Shown here one piece after another: positions 34,990 to 47,789 of a stretch of DNA of 64,000 bases (within the stretch, counting starts at the first letter, position 1; every line of letters begins with the position of its first letter). The position numbers and the translations under genes are program-made. This stretch comes from Mobula hypostoma (lineage: Eukaryota), in the NCBI RefSeq assembly GCF_963921235.1, contig NC_086118.1, positions 12,836,001-12,900,000 of the forward strand, read 5' to 3'. Under the pieces are notes generated by a model that was given only the letters and a program-made list of their open reading frames with translations, ran no database searches and was not told the origin of the DNA.

Positions 34990-36910
34990 TGAAACGCAAC
35001 CCCCTGAAGTCCCCACTTCTTACCATTCTGCTGGCTAATGTTCAGTCTCCAGAAAATGAAATTGAAGACCTCAGAACAACATTGCACCTCCAGAGGGACA
35101 TCACGGACTATTGACTTTGCTTCTCGGAAACATGACTCACTCCCAGCATTCTATCATTGTAACTCGAGGACTTCATCATCCACAGATTGGCAGAGTCTGC
35201 TTCAAGATTAAAATGTCATGATGCTCAGACATTGTGGCTCTGTCTCAGTCCTGCTCCCCCGAAGGGGAATATATAGCAATCAAGAGTTATCCATTTTATC
35301 TGCTGAGGGACTTTTCCACCATGATCCTGGTCGCAGTGTACTTCCACCACCTGCGAGACACTGGAGTAGCTGAGCACCATGATCAGCAGTGACAAAACAG
35401 CATACCCTAACGCCTTCCCGATCATTGCAGGGGATTTCAACCAGGCCAGTGAACAACTACCTCCACTCCGTCCACCAAAACAGACAGAATCTCCCGGTAG
35501 CCACCCACTTCAACTCTGCTTCCCACTCCCATTCAGATATGTCCATACATAGCCTCCTCTACTGCCACGATGAGGCTAAACTCAGGTTGGAGGAGCAACA
35601 ACTCAAATACCGTCTAGGTAGTCTCCAGCCCCTTGGTATGAACATAGAATTCTCCAAATTCCAGTAATTCCCTACCCCTCCCTTCCCCTATCCCTATGTC
35701 ACTCTGCCCGCTCCCCCAGCTGCCTATCACCTCCCTCATGGTTCCCCCTCCTTCTACTACCCATTATGTTTTCCCCTATTCCTTCTTCACCTTTCCTGCC
35801 TATCCCCTCCCTGCCTCCTCTCCCCCACCCCTTTATCTTTCCCCTTACTGGTTTTTCACCTTGAACCTACCAGCCTTCTCCTTCCCACCCTCCCCCGACC
35901 TTCTTTATAGAGCCTCTGCCCCTTCCCTCTACAGTCCTGACGAAGGGTTCTGGCCCGAAACATCGACTGATCATTTCCACGGCTGCTGCCCGACCTGCTG
36001 AGTTCCCCCAGCGTGTTGTGAGTGCTACCTCCAACATATCACCTGAGGAACCAGAGGAGCCAATGCACTTGACCTTTGTAACGCCATCATCAAGAATGCT
36101 TACCATGCCTTCTGATATCCACACTTTGGCAAGTACGATCACCTTGATGGTGTTTGTACATCTACTTCTGGTGCACAGGCAGAGACGGAGGACCACAGCA
36201 CCAAAAGTAAGAAACACGTAAGTATGGTCAAGGGAGGCAAAGGGCCACTTACAGGACTGCTTCAAATTGGTAGACTGAACAGTATTCAGGGATTTATCTT
36301 AATTGTCACTTACTTCATAAAGACCTGTGTGGATGAGTGTGTGCTTTCAAGAATATACCAGACATACCCAAACCAGAAGCTATGAATGAACCAGGAGATT
36401 CACTGTCTGTGGCAATCAAGACAGGTGATGCAGAACTCTACGAGATTCTGGTACAACATCCAGAAGGCTATTTTAAAAGTGGAAAAGGAATTCAAATTGA
36501 AGTTAGCGACAGAATTGGATGCAATTTGGCTCTGGCAGTGTTTGCAGGCCATTACTTCCTACAGAGCAAAATCTAACTTTATAAATGGCTGCAGTTCTTA
36601 ATTCTGAAATGCTTTTTATGCACACATTGAAAGCGAGAATAGAACTACTGTGTGCAGTGTGTGGCGACCCTATGATCTATCTCTCAGAGGCTAATGTTAG
36701 AACATCTTTCAAGAAGGTGAAATCACGTAAGGCATCAAGTCCCGATGGTGTACCTGGTAGGGCACTGAAAACCTACGCCAACTAACTGGCTGGAGTGTTC
36801 AAGGGCAACTTCAATCTCTCACTGCTGAAGCCGAAATTTCCCACCATCTTTGAAAGGGCATCAATCATACCAGTGCCCAAGAAGTGCAAGGTGAGCTACC
36901 TCAATGACTG
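34990..36910 (+). mobile_element. Degraded Rex1/Babar LINE (endonuclease to early RT), split by a PLE fragment
   Basis: TILLANVQS.ENEIEDL; FPIIAGDFN; KASSPDGVPGRALK; IIPVPKK. Confidence 0.8.
35466..36024 (+). mobile_element. 5'-truncated PLE of a second subfamily (endonuclease C-terminus, pLTR, hammerhead at 35932-35969)
   Basis: LPVATHFNSASHSHSDMSIHSLLYC..LRLEEQQL..LQPLGMN; cagtc-CTGACGA-agggttctggccc-GAAA-catc-gactg; TSD ctacctcca (35457-35465, 36025-36033). Confidence 0.9.
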
Positions 36911-38224
36911 TGATGAAGTGGTTCGAAAAAGCTGGAGTAAACTCCTGCCTGAACGGTTCAAGGTAACTAAAGTCACATTGAGCAGGGAAAATCAGCTCAG
37001 ACGAATTGGGCAGTGAAGGGTGATGGACTGGGGGATCAGATGGGAGAAATAAAAGTAAAAACAGATAAATGAAAAGGAAGTAATGAGAAACAAATGAACA
37101 GCAATGAAAGAAGGAAAGAAGACAATGGATGATACTGAATTTTTTGTGGTCAGTGTGTGTTTAGTCTCTCATAAGCCCATTGCAGAATGCAAAGGTTGCT
37201 GCACATGATTCAAGGAACTCAGCAAAGTGTGCACACTGTTCACAATGGCCTTTCACAAACTGCGTGCAGAGCTTTCTATAAACATGATTCCAGTCTGTAG
37301 AGAAGATGGTTACATAATACATTCAGACTTATTTTTTTTTTTATTTTTCTGTGCTTTTTTAGTCTTTCCTTTGTTTTGCTGTGTGAAGGGAGGAATTTGT
37401 GGGATGGTGCTCTTGTTTGCATGGGGAGAGGGGGTTTGCATTTCACACGGGGGAGGGAGGTTTGGTGGTCGATGTTCTTGTTGAGTTTTGTGTGGGGGAA
37501 GCGGTTTTGGGGGTCGATGCTCTTGTTGTGTTGTTGCTAGTTTTTTGTGCAGAGAGAATCAGATTTGCGGGCTCATGTTCTTGTTCTGCTTTGTGCGGGG
37601 GGATTTGATAACTGGGATGCTGTTCTTTTTGTGCGCAGCTGGGTTTTTTGTTCCTCTCTGAATGACTTTCTTTGTTTCATGGCGATCTGGAGAAGACAAA
37701 TCTCAAAGTTGTATATAGATACATACTTTGCCAATAAATGAGCCTTTGAACCTCTGAACATGTTCCAGAGTGGAGAAAGGAACTTGGGAAAATGGATAAC
37801 AACACCGATGAAGGGGTGAGAGAAAGGAATGTAACATCTGTCACTGCAGAGGATGGAACATGATAACTACGAAGAAGAAAGAACGGACATGGCAGAAGCT
37901 GGGATGAGTTCTTCGGAGAGGAAGAAGAAAGTTAACTTTAACTGAGAGGAAGTGGACAGGAAGAGCATCTGCGTCAATAGGAACGAGAGTGCTTCACTGT
38001 ACTGAGAATACCAGAAAGGATATATGAGAACAATACAAAGTCAATTCAAATTAAGGTGGTTGGAGGAAAAACGTACAAAGAAAAGGGGAGATGATAGTTC
38101 AGTGGAGTTGCAAATGTGGATGAGTGAAGGATGGAAAGGAAGAGTTTCAATTTGAATGTGAAGGGGAAAAAAGCCGAGAAAGAACAGAGTGGCAGCAATT
38201 TGAAGGGGCCAAAGGAAGATGACC

Positions 38225-38455
38225 AAACACTGTCAGAATGAAGTGAGGGATAAAAGAGTTCAAATGCTACCTGGAAAGTTTGAAGGAAGAGAGGTAAAGG
38301 CGAGAGACACATGATGTGATTTTTGAGAATGGCAATTGAAGAAACACCGTCAGAATGAATTGAGGGATGAAAGTGTTCGAATGTTACCTGGAAAATTTGA
38401 GGTAAGAGAAGAAGAAGGCATCTGATGTGATTTGGAGAATAGCAACTGGAGAAAT
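38225..38455 (+). repeat. Diverged tandem duplication, ~117-bp unit x2
   Basis: aaacac(t/c)gtcagaatgaa..gagggat..tacctggaaa..tgatgtgattt..gagaat recurs at 38225 and 38342. Confidence 0.8.
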
Positions 38456-39629
38456 GCTCACCTGCTGGATAATTTAAAAATCTAAATGTCACCTTGTCTC
38501 TCTAACCATTTCCTATGGTGAGAGGTTGCTTGTATGAGAAGAGATTAGGCAGATTCTCTTGAAACATACAACATCTTTAAGAGCACTGACAGGATAATGC
38601 TCCCTGAGCCAGTTTCAAAATTAGCCTTTGGCCATTCTGAATAGAGATAAGATATTTCTTTACCCAAGGGGTAAAATGTTTGAAATTCTCCATTCATGAA
38701 GACTGCTAGGGAGAAAATTCATTAAAGATATTGATTAAAGTTATAATATTAGAAAAATCATGGAAAGTGGGGTTTATACAGAAAGTGGTTCTGAGGTAAA
38801 ATTTTATATGTGATCTTATTAAATAGTAAATTGACAAACTAGTTCTTTATTATCACGTGTAAAAGGTACAGAGAAAATCTTTGTTGTGTATGTCATCCCT
38901 ACAGAATTGTAGACTCAACGGACATGATTTTATTTCCTAATAGTGATGTACAATATGTTTAAAATAAATGGATGAGCTTAATTTCCAGTGCAATGCCTGA
39001 AACTGAGGCATCTGGAGAAATGAATTTTTGTTTCTACAGCGTGTAATCCACATGAATGCTTCCCGCAGAATCAAATAAATGTACGCGCTGTCTTCTTTCT
39101 CACTTACAGGTCCATCTTCTATCTTTTTGCCACAAACTGTCACTATTTAACTGAGCCTTTTTTTTTGAAGAGGTCCATTTGTACAGATTCTGACTTGAAA
39201 GTTTTTTTTCATTTTCCTTGATCGGAATTAAATGGCAAAAGTTTAAGACCCACGCAGCTGAAGCTGGATTTAGAACCCTGGAAATGGATATGACTTTCAG
39301 AGAGCATTAATATGCCCAGCCATCTAGTAACCATGAATAGTGTATGGTTGAAAGGGCTCACATCAGCAGGTTTAATGCTGAATTTAATTACAGTTGCCAC
39401 TGTGAATATTAAGCATCATCAGCTGATCAAGCATCAGGATCACATTTCACACAATGTTAAGGAGGGATTTTTAGGAAATACAGAAACGTGTTCAGCTGTG
39501 GCGGACAATGCAGGGTGACAATCGAATGTCAATTTCTGCATTGTCTCTCACATTGACAGAGATGAATTGCATTTCTATCTGCATGAGCTATAATAGGGTT
39601 GTGTTTCTTTTACAGGGATGTTATAGGTA

Positions 39630-41885
39630 CTTTACCATAACTGACTAATAAAGTGAATACCAGATGGTGAACAGCCAATTCGAATACTCGCCATGGTACA
39701 CCTGTAGAAATTTGCCAGTGTCTTTGCTGACATACCAAGTCTGTTCAAACTCCGAATGAAATAAAGCCACTGTCATATCTTCTTTGTAAATGCATCGATA
39801 AGTTGGGTCGAGGATAGATCCTCAGAGATATTAACACCCAGGAACGTGACACTGCTGATTTCCCGATGAGGATTCATCTGTATTCCATCAATTTCTCCTT
39901 CTTGAAGTCCTCAAACAATTCCTTGGTCATACTGACATTGAGTGCAAGGTTGTTGCTTGCAACACCACTCAACCAGCTGACCTATCTCACTCCTGTGTGC
40001 CTCCTTATAATCATCTGAAATTCTGCCAACAATAGTTGCTTCATTAACAAATTTATAGATAGCATTTAAACTGTGCCTAACCACACAGTTACGGGTGTAG
40101 AGAGAGTAAAGTCATGGGCTAAGTTCAGATCCTTGAGGTGCGCCGGTGTTGATTGTCAGTGAGGAGGAGGTGTTCTTTCTGATCCGCAGAGACTGTGGAC
40201 TCCTGGTGAGGAAGTCAAGGATCCAGTTGCAGAGGGAGGTACAGAGGCCCAGGTTTTGAAGCTTGTTGATAAGAATTGAGGGTATAATTGTGTTAAATGC
40301 TGAGCTGTAATCAATAAGCCTCAGTTTGACATAGGTATTGTTATTGTCCAAGTGCTCCAAGGCCTAGTGGAAAGCCAGTGTAATTGCATCCACTGGAGAC
40401 CTATTGCAGCAATGGGCAAATTACAGTGGGTCCAGGTACTTGCTTAGATAGGAGTTGATTTCAGGCAAGACTAAGCCCTCAAAGCACTTCATCACAGTAG
40501 ATGTGAATACAACTGGCTGATAGCTGTTCAAGCTGCTCACCCTGCTCTTCTTAGGCAGTAGAATAATTGTCGCACTTTGGAGCAGGTGGGAGCCTATGAT
40601 TGCAGCATTGAGAGATTGAAGATGTCCTTGAACACTCCCACCAGTTGGTTGTCACAGGTTCTCAGTGCCCTACTGATGCCTTGCAAGTGTACACCCTCTT
40701 GAAAGATGTCCTAACATCTGCCTCAAGATGGAGATCACAGTCACCCTGATGCTGCAGGGATTTGCACAGTTGTAGTTTTATTTTCTCTTTCCAAGCATAC
40801 ATAAAAGGTATTGGACTCATCTGGGAGTGAGGCACCACAACTATTGATGATATTAGATTTCAACCTGTGGGAAGTAATGGCCTGCAAACCCTGCCAGAGC
40901 TGATGTGCATTTGATTCCATCTCTAACCAATTGGAATTATTATTTTTTGCTCTTAAGATAGTCTTCCTAGATTGCACCTGGTCTTTTTGTATGGACCTGG
41001 ATCACTGGTCTTCAATGCCACAGATTCAGCCCTCAGCAGACTATGAATCTCTTGGTTTAGCTATGGTTTTAGTTTGAGTATGTCCAACACGTTCTCAAAC
41101 ACACACACATCCATACAAATCTTGGTGTAGTCGATAATAACCATGGCATATTCATTCAAAATCAAAAGTTCAAAGTAAATTTATTATCAAAGTATGTATA
41201 CATCACCATATACAACCCTGAAATTCCTTTTTTGTGGGCATACTCAAAACATCTATAGAATAATAACCATAACAAAATCAATGAGAGATCACTCCAACAT
41301 ATACATTCAACCAGTGTGCAAAAGACAACAAACTGAGCAAATACAGAAAGAAAGATGTAATAATAAATAAATAAGCAATAAATATCAAGAACATAAGGTG
41401 AAGAACCCTTGAAAATGAGTTCATACATTGTGGGGACATTTCAATGATGGGGCAAGTGAACCTGAGTGAAGTTATCCCTTTTGGTTGAGGGATAATAACC
41501 ATTCCTGAACCTGGTGGTGTGATCCCTCAGCTCCTGTATTCTTCCTGATGGCATCAGTGAGAAGAGAGCATGTTCTGGGTGGTGGGGTCCCTGATGATGG
41601 ATGCTACTTTCCTGCGATAGCATTCCACATAGATGTGTGAAGTGGTGTGGAGGTTTTTACCCGTGATAGAATGGGCCATACCTATTACCTTTCGTAGGAT
41701 TTTCCGTTTAAGGGCAATGGTGTTTCCATACCAGGCTATGATGCAGCCAGCCAATATACTCTTAACTGAACATCTATAGAAGTTTGTCAAAGTTTTAAAT
41801 GTCATGCGGAATCTTATCAAACTCCTAAAGAAGTAAAGGTGATGCTGTGCTTTCTTCATAATTGCACTTAGGTACTGGGCCCTGA
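39630..41885 (-). mobile_element. Two degraded Rex1/Babar LINE segments (39630-41160; 3'-end copy 41161-41885)
   Basis: [64 protein letters not shown]. Confidence 0.85.
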
Positions 41886-41995
41886 AGTGTCCTTGAATAT
41901 CGTTCAACCCACCAACTCAACGCTGTCCTGTCTTGCAGCCTCCCTTGACCATACTTTCTTCAGATACTTTCACATACCAGACTATTGGTTTATAC

Positions 41996-42752
41996 CAGGG
42001 GTCCCCAACCTTTTTTGCACCGCGGACCGGTTTAATATTGACAATATTCTTGCGGACGGGCCGACCAGGGGAGTGGGGTGTGTTCAAGTAGGGTTTATCT
42101 TACCTCAACATGTCTTTTACAGACTGTACGGTGGCCAACTTTCTCACTCCAAATAAGGGACAAAAGTAGCAGTCAAAAAAGGGACACTAGGGTTTACCCC
42201 GAGAAAGAGTACCATGACCATGAAGCCTTGCGCAGGGGCCTCTGTCCGCATGCGCGTACGTGCCGATTTTTTTTCCACAAATCGGTTTTGGCTTAATCTT
42301 CCCGACTATACTGTACATACGTTATTTCTACTTTATATTGGCTGTGTATTTATCATATCATTCCTGCTTTTACTATATGGTTACTGCTATTTTAGGTTTT
42401 ATGTGTTTCTTGGTATGATTTGGAAGGTTATTTTTTGGGTCTGGGAACGCTCAAAAATTTTTCTCGTATAAATTAATGGTAATTGCTTCTTCACTTCACG
42501 CCATTTTGGCACGCAAGGTTTCATAGGAATACTCTACTTTAGTGGGGGATATACGGGACAAGGGCGATCCCGTATGGGACAAATCAATTTAGCCCAATAT
42601 ACAGGATGTCCCGGCAAATATGGGACAGTTGGCAATCCTATCTTCCAGTTCAACAGTGCGGGAGAGGGAATGAGGAAAGGTGCAGCTGACTCATATCGTT
42701 TCCTCACGGCCCGGTAGCATATGCTTTGCGGCCCGGTGGTTGGGGACCGCTG
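41996..42752. mobile_element. Non-autonomous hAT element containing a nested element (~42089-42640)
   Basis: TIRs caggggtccccaacc / ggttggggaccgctg; perfect 8-bp TSD gtttatac; inner termini tagggtt...ggcaatccta. Confidence 0.85.
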
Positions 42753-43249
42753 GTTTATACTGTATGCCAATAGCAAACATCAGGCATGGACAATGACCGT
42801 ACTTCTGAAAAAGTGAGTGGTATATGCACTGAAACACTGATCCATCTTTGCAGACAGTTCGGACAAATGCATGGAATAGACAGATATTTTAAATGACTGA
42901 ACACATTTAAGCTTGAAGTGTGACCAACTGGAATGGAGATCCATTCAAATGAGCTCCCTGACATTGCACCTAAGATATTGGTAACATTGATCTCTATGAA
43001 CTTTGCAAACTATAGAAGTCCTTAGCTTGGCAAGGAGTTTCTAAAACAAGACACTGGAATCTGGATTACTTGTTAAGTACACAAATAGTTAGATATAATT
43101 TCCTCTGGTGATATCAATATAATGAATGCAAATATCTACCATAAAATGGAGTCCTCTGCAGCAAAACCGCACATAGTTGCGGTTTCACAAAAATGTTATC
43201 GACATATGACAAACAGTAACACCATGGTATTTCCATCTCTGATGGAGTG

Positions 43250-46200
43250 TGTATATGTTTATTAGCTCCAAAGCATAATGGCATAAACACAGAGCTGGGA
43301 GATACCTCTTGATTGTCCGTTTTTGCTTTGAGCGAGATGTACACATACAATGTGAGAGCGTTAGGACATATGCAATTCACATATTTTGCGTATAACCCAT
43401 AATCAATTATTTAACCAAATAAATAATGCTTACTTAAACAATATATTTAAAATATAACCCAAATATTACTGAAATATAATACAACTACTATATACACATC
43501 CACAGTATAGTCGATTTTAAATTGTCCCATTCAGGCCAAAAGATTTAATCACTGTGGAGGCTTTCTTACTCTTGTGGTATAACATCTTTCCTGATAAGGG
43601 GCAGGTGAACCTACCTCATTTTCTGGGGCCTCCTCTGTGGTGGTTATAGGAGTTGACTTTGGACTGCAGGAAGAGTTTCTTACAGCACTGGACACCTTCC
43701 TTCTCTAATAATTGACTCTACTCTCCTCAGCTGATCGATGTGTCATATCAGACACAATCTTCGCTGTGTAGGAGAGTGGTCCAGTTCTGTCCTTAATCTT
43801 TCTGAGTATCCACTTTTGATCACCTCTGTAGTCACTCACCAGAACTGCTTGTCCAGGAGTGAAACACTGAACCTCCACGTTTAGGGGGCCCTCAATTTGT
43901 CTCAACTGCTTGTCCTGCATACACTTTCTAAGATTGGGTTTGAGGAGATCCAAGTGTAAGTGCAAGGGATGACCCAGGAGCAGCATGGCTGGTGAGCTGT
44001 TGGTTGTGGAGCGTGCTGTATTGTGTTATGTAAGGAGGAAATTGGCAAGCTTCTGATTGAGAATCAGTGTAGCGTGCCCTGCTGACATTGTTGGCAGTGT
44101 TCTTTAGACTCCGGAAAAAACCTTTCCGTCAAACCATTTGTAGCTGTCTTATTCCATTTATTTTCAGGAATGACATAAACTGTTCCGCAACAACCTGTGG
44201 TTTGTAGTTTTTCACAAATAAAACAAAGTGAGGTGTTTAATGAAAGCCGAATCACATTTTATTGATCTGCAAAACCTAAACACAAAAGTGCACTAAAGAT
44301 CTTTACATAACAATGTCATCACATCAGACCAAACCCCAACTCAATGTCAATGGTTGTGATTATGTGCATTTCTCCCAATGCATTACCTGACACAGGCCCC
44401 CACAAAATTTACTAAAACTAGCATTGAGAGACAGTTTGGAGCTCGGACAAGCCACCTGGCTTGGTTCCTGTGTTCCATGGGTGGAGGAACAGCAGGTGCC
44501 TCCAGTTCATCCAGAAATGCATTGACATGCTGTAAAACCATGTTGTGAAGCCAGGGGCATAGCAGCGCAATACTCCAAATCTTGATGGGCTGGTTTAAGG
44601 TGCTCTACAAAAAAATGTTAAGTTTTAACCCTCTTATAAAAGTCTTTTCTCCCCCGTTCCAAAATGGAGAATGAGCCATCGTAAGAGGGCCTCAGGGGTT
44701 GTTGGTGTGCATCATGTTGATGAAATCAAACAAGGTGGAATGTAGGTAGGTCAATAAGAACTCAAGAGTGCTGTATGCTATGATGGGAGGTGACAAGGAA
44801 TTGAATTTACTGAGGAGGATGGAACGCTCTGAGAGGCTGACCAGGCCATCATAGTGTTATGAATGAAATCACTTGGCCAACTCAGTCACGGAGGACTTCA
44901 GGTCCTCTTTTGAAGCAGTTCTAGGACCCATGGGAGATGATCAGGCCAACACTCATTGGTCAGGGAGGCCCTCAGAGCAGCCTTTAAGAAGTGGTGAAAC
45001 TGCACACACAGGCCATTAGGCAGCAGGTCACACACAATGGTGTGATGTAGACTGTCACCAAGGTTCTGGTCATCAGAGGCCAGAGGTCTAAAATGATTAG
45101 GGACCGGTCAGGTTAGTATAAGGGACCAGATAGGATATATCCATGGTCAGGATAGTATAAGGAACCAGATGGGCTTTGTAAAACTTTGGTGTGTTATTTT
45201 AATTTAACACTATTTTCTCCTTGAGATTTTAGAATGCTATCCTTGAACACTGCTGTGGCATCATCCAGTACCTGTCTAAATTCGCTTTCAGTTGACTCTC
45301 TTGCAGGGAATGTACATACAATTTGTGGATGAATCTCCAATCAAATTCTGATTGTCTCAGCCATCACGGCCTGCTATTCTGGCCCTCCTTTTTTTTAACC
45401 ACATACAAGCCCAATGTAGCCTGTTAGTTGTTGTATTCCACTGTTATGAATACCATTCCCACAGGAGTTATCTTTTCTCTAGTATAAGTACTTAACGCAT
45501 ATCTGCGGGCTTCAGATCAGTATCTTTGAAGTGCTGTTCAAACTCATTTTCTGGAATGACTGAAACAGCTGAGCCATTGTTCAATTCCATTTTAATTAAT
45601 TTGTCATTCACTTCTGGTGTAAGCCATAATGCTTGCTTATTGATAGTTTTCAGAATGTAAATCTCAAGGCTACTGAATCCTGTGTCACTTTCATCATTGT
45701 CAGATTTTTCCTCAACTTCATTCAAATTAGAGCTCTTTCTGAAACTGCAACTTAACATTTATCGTTTTCTCTTCCCTGTGTAGTCCATTCATTTTTGTCT
45801 GCCTAATATGCTCTTTATAAGTTCCCTTCTTTGTTGCATTTTTTTGCAAGTTTCACCTTTGAACCTGCATTGGTCTGGTTTATGAGCGCCTCTGCTATAA
45901 AGGGAACACCTTGGTTGTTCGGCCAGGCCAGTTTCTGTTTAGATGTTGCAATTTTGTTCAGGCTCACTTTTATTCCTGATTGCAACTCAGTTGCATCTGC
46001 CTGTTGTTTCTATTGATACAGCAGTTTCAACTGCTTTTTAAAACATAAGTTGTGCTTCAGGTAGGAGCCATTTCTGAATGCTTTCTTGTAAGATTCCACA
46101 AACTAAACAATCTCTCAGTGCACCTTTAACCCAATTACCAAACTGACAATATTCAGATAACCTCTTCAATTCAGCCACGTATGCTGAAATAGATTCTCCT

Positions 46201-46973
46201 TCCTTTTGATTCCACTTATGAAACCTAAAGCATTGTTCAATCAACAATGGTTATGGCTCTGAATGTTCCTGCATTACTTTTGCGAAATCAACAAAGCTCA
46301 TTTCAGCTGTTTGGTTGGAGCAGTCAAACATCTGAGCAATTTGTATGCTTTTCCACCCAATGTGCTCAGCAAAGCTGCTACTTGTTTCTTATTGGCTATT
46401 CCATTTGCTTTAAAATATTGCTGTGTTTGCTCAGTAAACAAAATCTTGTAATCTATTGTGCAATTGAACATGTCAATCTTTCTGATGTAGCCAGCTATTT
46501 CTGCTTTTTTAAAGAAAATTATGATTATCACCCTATGCTCACTGTTTATGAACACATGAATGTGTCTGTTTTCCACCTTCTTTTAAACTCAGCCATGCCT
46601 TCCTTCCAAAGAGCACATGTGGGGCTGCTTTTCTTTTTAACCTATAAGTCTTGCTGTGCTTTGTTTTTCTTTTGAATGTGCCATTGCATTTCAATAAGTA
46701 GGTAGTCGTCTTGGGTTCTTTTAAAACTTCCTCATCACAACTGCTGAGTTTTTTAACACCAATGCATAAAACTAATTGCAAGAAAAACACCGAGCTGGGA
46801 GAAAACTTGTCTACACTTGTTTTTACTTTAAGTGAGAATGCACATATATGATGCGGTCACAATGTATGCAATTCCCATATATTTACATATAACCCGTAAT
46901 TAATTATATAAACAAATAAAGAATGCTTACTCAAACAATATATTTACAATATTGAAATATTAAATACACAACA
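43250..46973 (-). mobile_element. Gypsy element with two diverged LTRs (~43250-43487, ~46742-46973), gag-pro and integrase C-terminus; RT largely deleted
   Basis: QYFKANGIANKKQVAALLSTLGGKAYKLL; FRFHKWNQKEGESISAYVAELKRLSEYCQF..LRDCLVCG; DLLKPNLR..KW..TGPLSY. Confidence 0.85.
44203..45100 (-). mobile_element. 3' LTR (44203-44394) and integrase tail of the Gypsy family seen at 8220-11429, nested in another Gypsy
   Basis: LTR homologous to 11217-11429 (ttttattgatct..aaaccccaactcaatgtca..ttatgtgcatttctccca); adjacent PPT-like G run. Confidence 0.75.
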
Positions 46974-47789
46974 ACCAGAAGTAGAAAAATGCCTTGGATA
47001 CTACCTCTCAGATATTTAATGATATTGCAGAAAATGTCGTTGCTTTGAATAACATTGAACAAGTAGGGAAATGATGAGAGTTTCAAAGTGAGAAAGAGAG
47101 AGAGTATTGAAGAATCCATTAATTTAATTTATACATTCCTTGAAAATCATTCCATTTACACCTCTTGGCATTTGAATGTTTAAAATAGATTTTTAATGAA
47201 TAAAATATTATCTGCAATAATACTTCCTTGTGCTTATTCCCTTCTGGTTGCCGTCCAGCTTGACTTACTAGGCTAACAGTATCATGCAGTTTTACACTCC
47301 AAGCTGATGAAAAGCTAGGTGAAGTCACTTGGAGGACTCAGGCTGTCTCTAGTGGGTGATCAAGACAGTCTCATACTCTGAATATGCGAAATGCTGACTG
47401 AAGGATTTCGGATTGGTTTAGCCAGTTGTGGGGCTGGGGCAAGGACCTTGCCTAAGAAGCCAATAAGACCAGGGAGAGACAAGAGAAGGATTACACCATT
47501 GAGCCAATCATTCAATTATAATTGATATTCCATTCAACCTCATTCACCCATCTTTTCCCTGTAACCCTTAATCCCCTTACCAATCAAGAACCCATCAATC
47601 CCTGCCTTAAATACACCCAATGACTTGGTCTGCACTGTCCTCTGTGACAAATGAATTTCACAGCTTCACACTCTCTGGCTTAAGAAATTCCGCCTCATCT
47701 CAGTTTTACAGGGACATCTGTTTATTCTGACACGATGTCCTCTGATGCTGGACTCTCTCAGTAATGGAAATATCCTCTCCACACCCCCA

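Noticed and set aside
8220..45100. Gypsy 5' part (8220-11429) and 3' part (44203-45100) as one split provirus
   Set aside because: Both are on the minus strand but in the wrong order for a single element; two independent copies is simpler.
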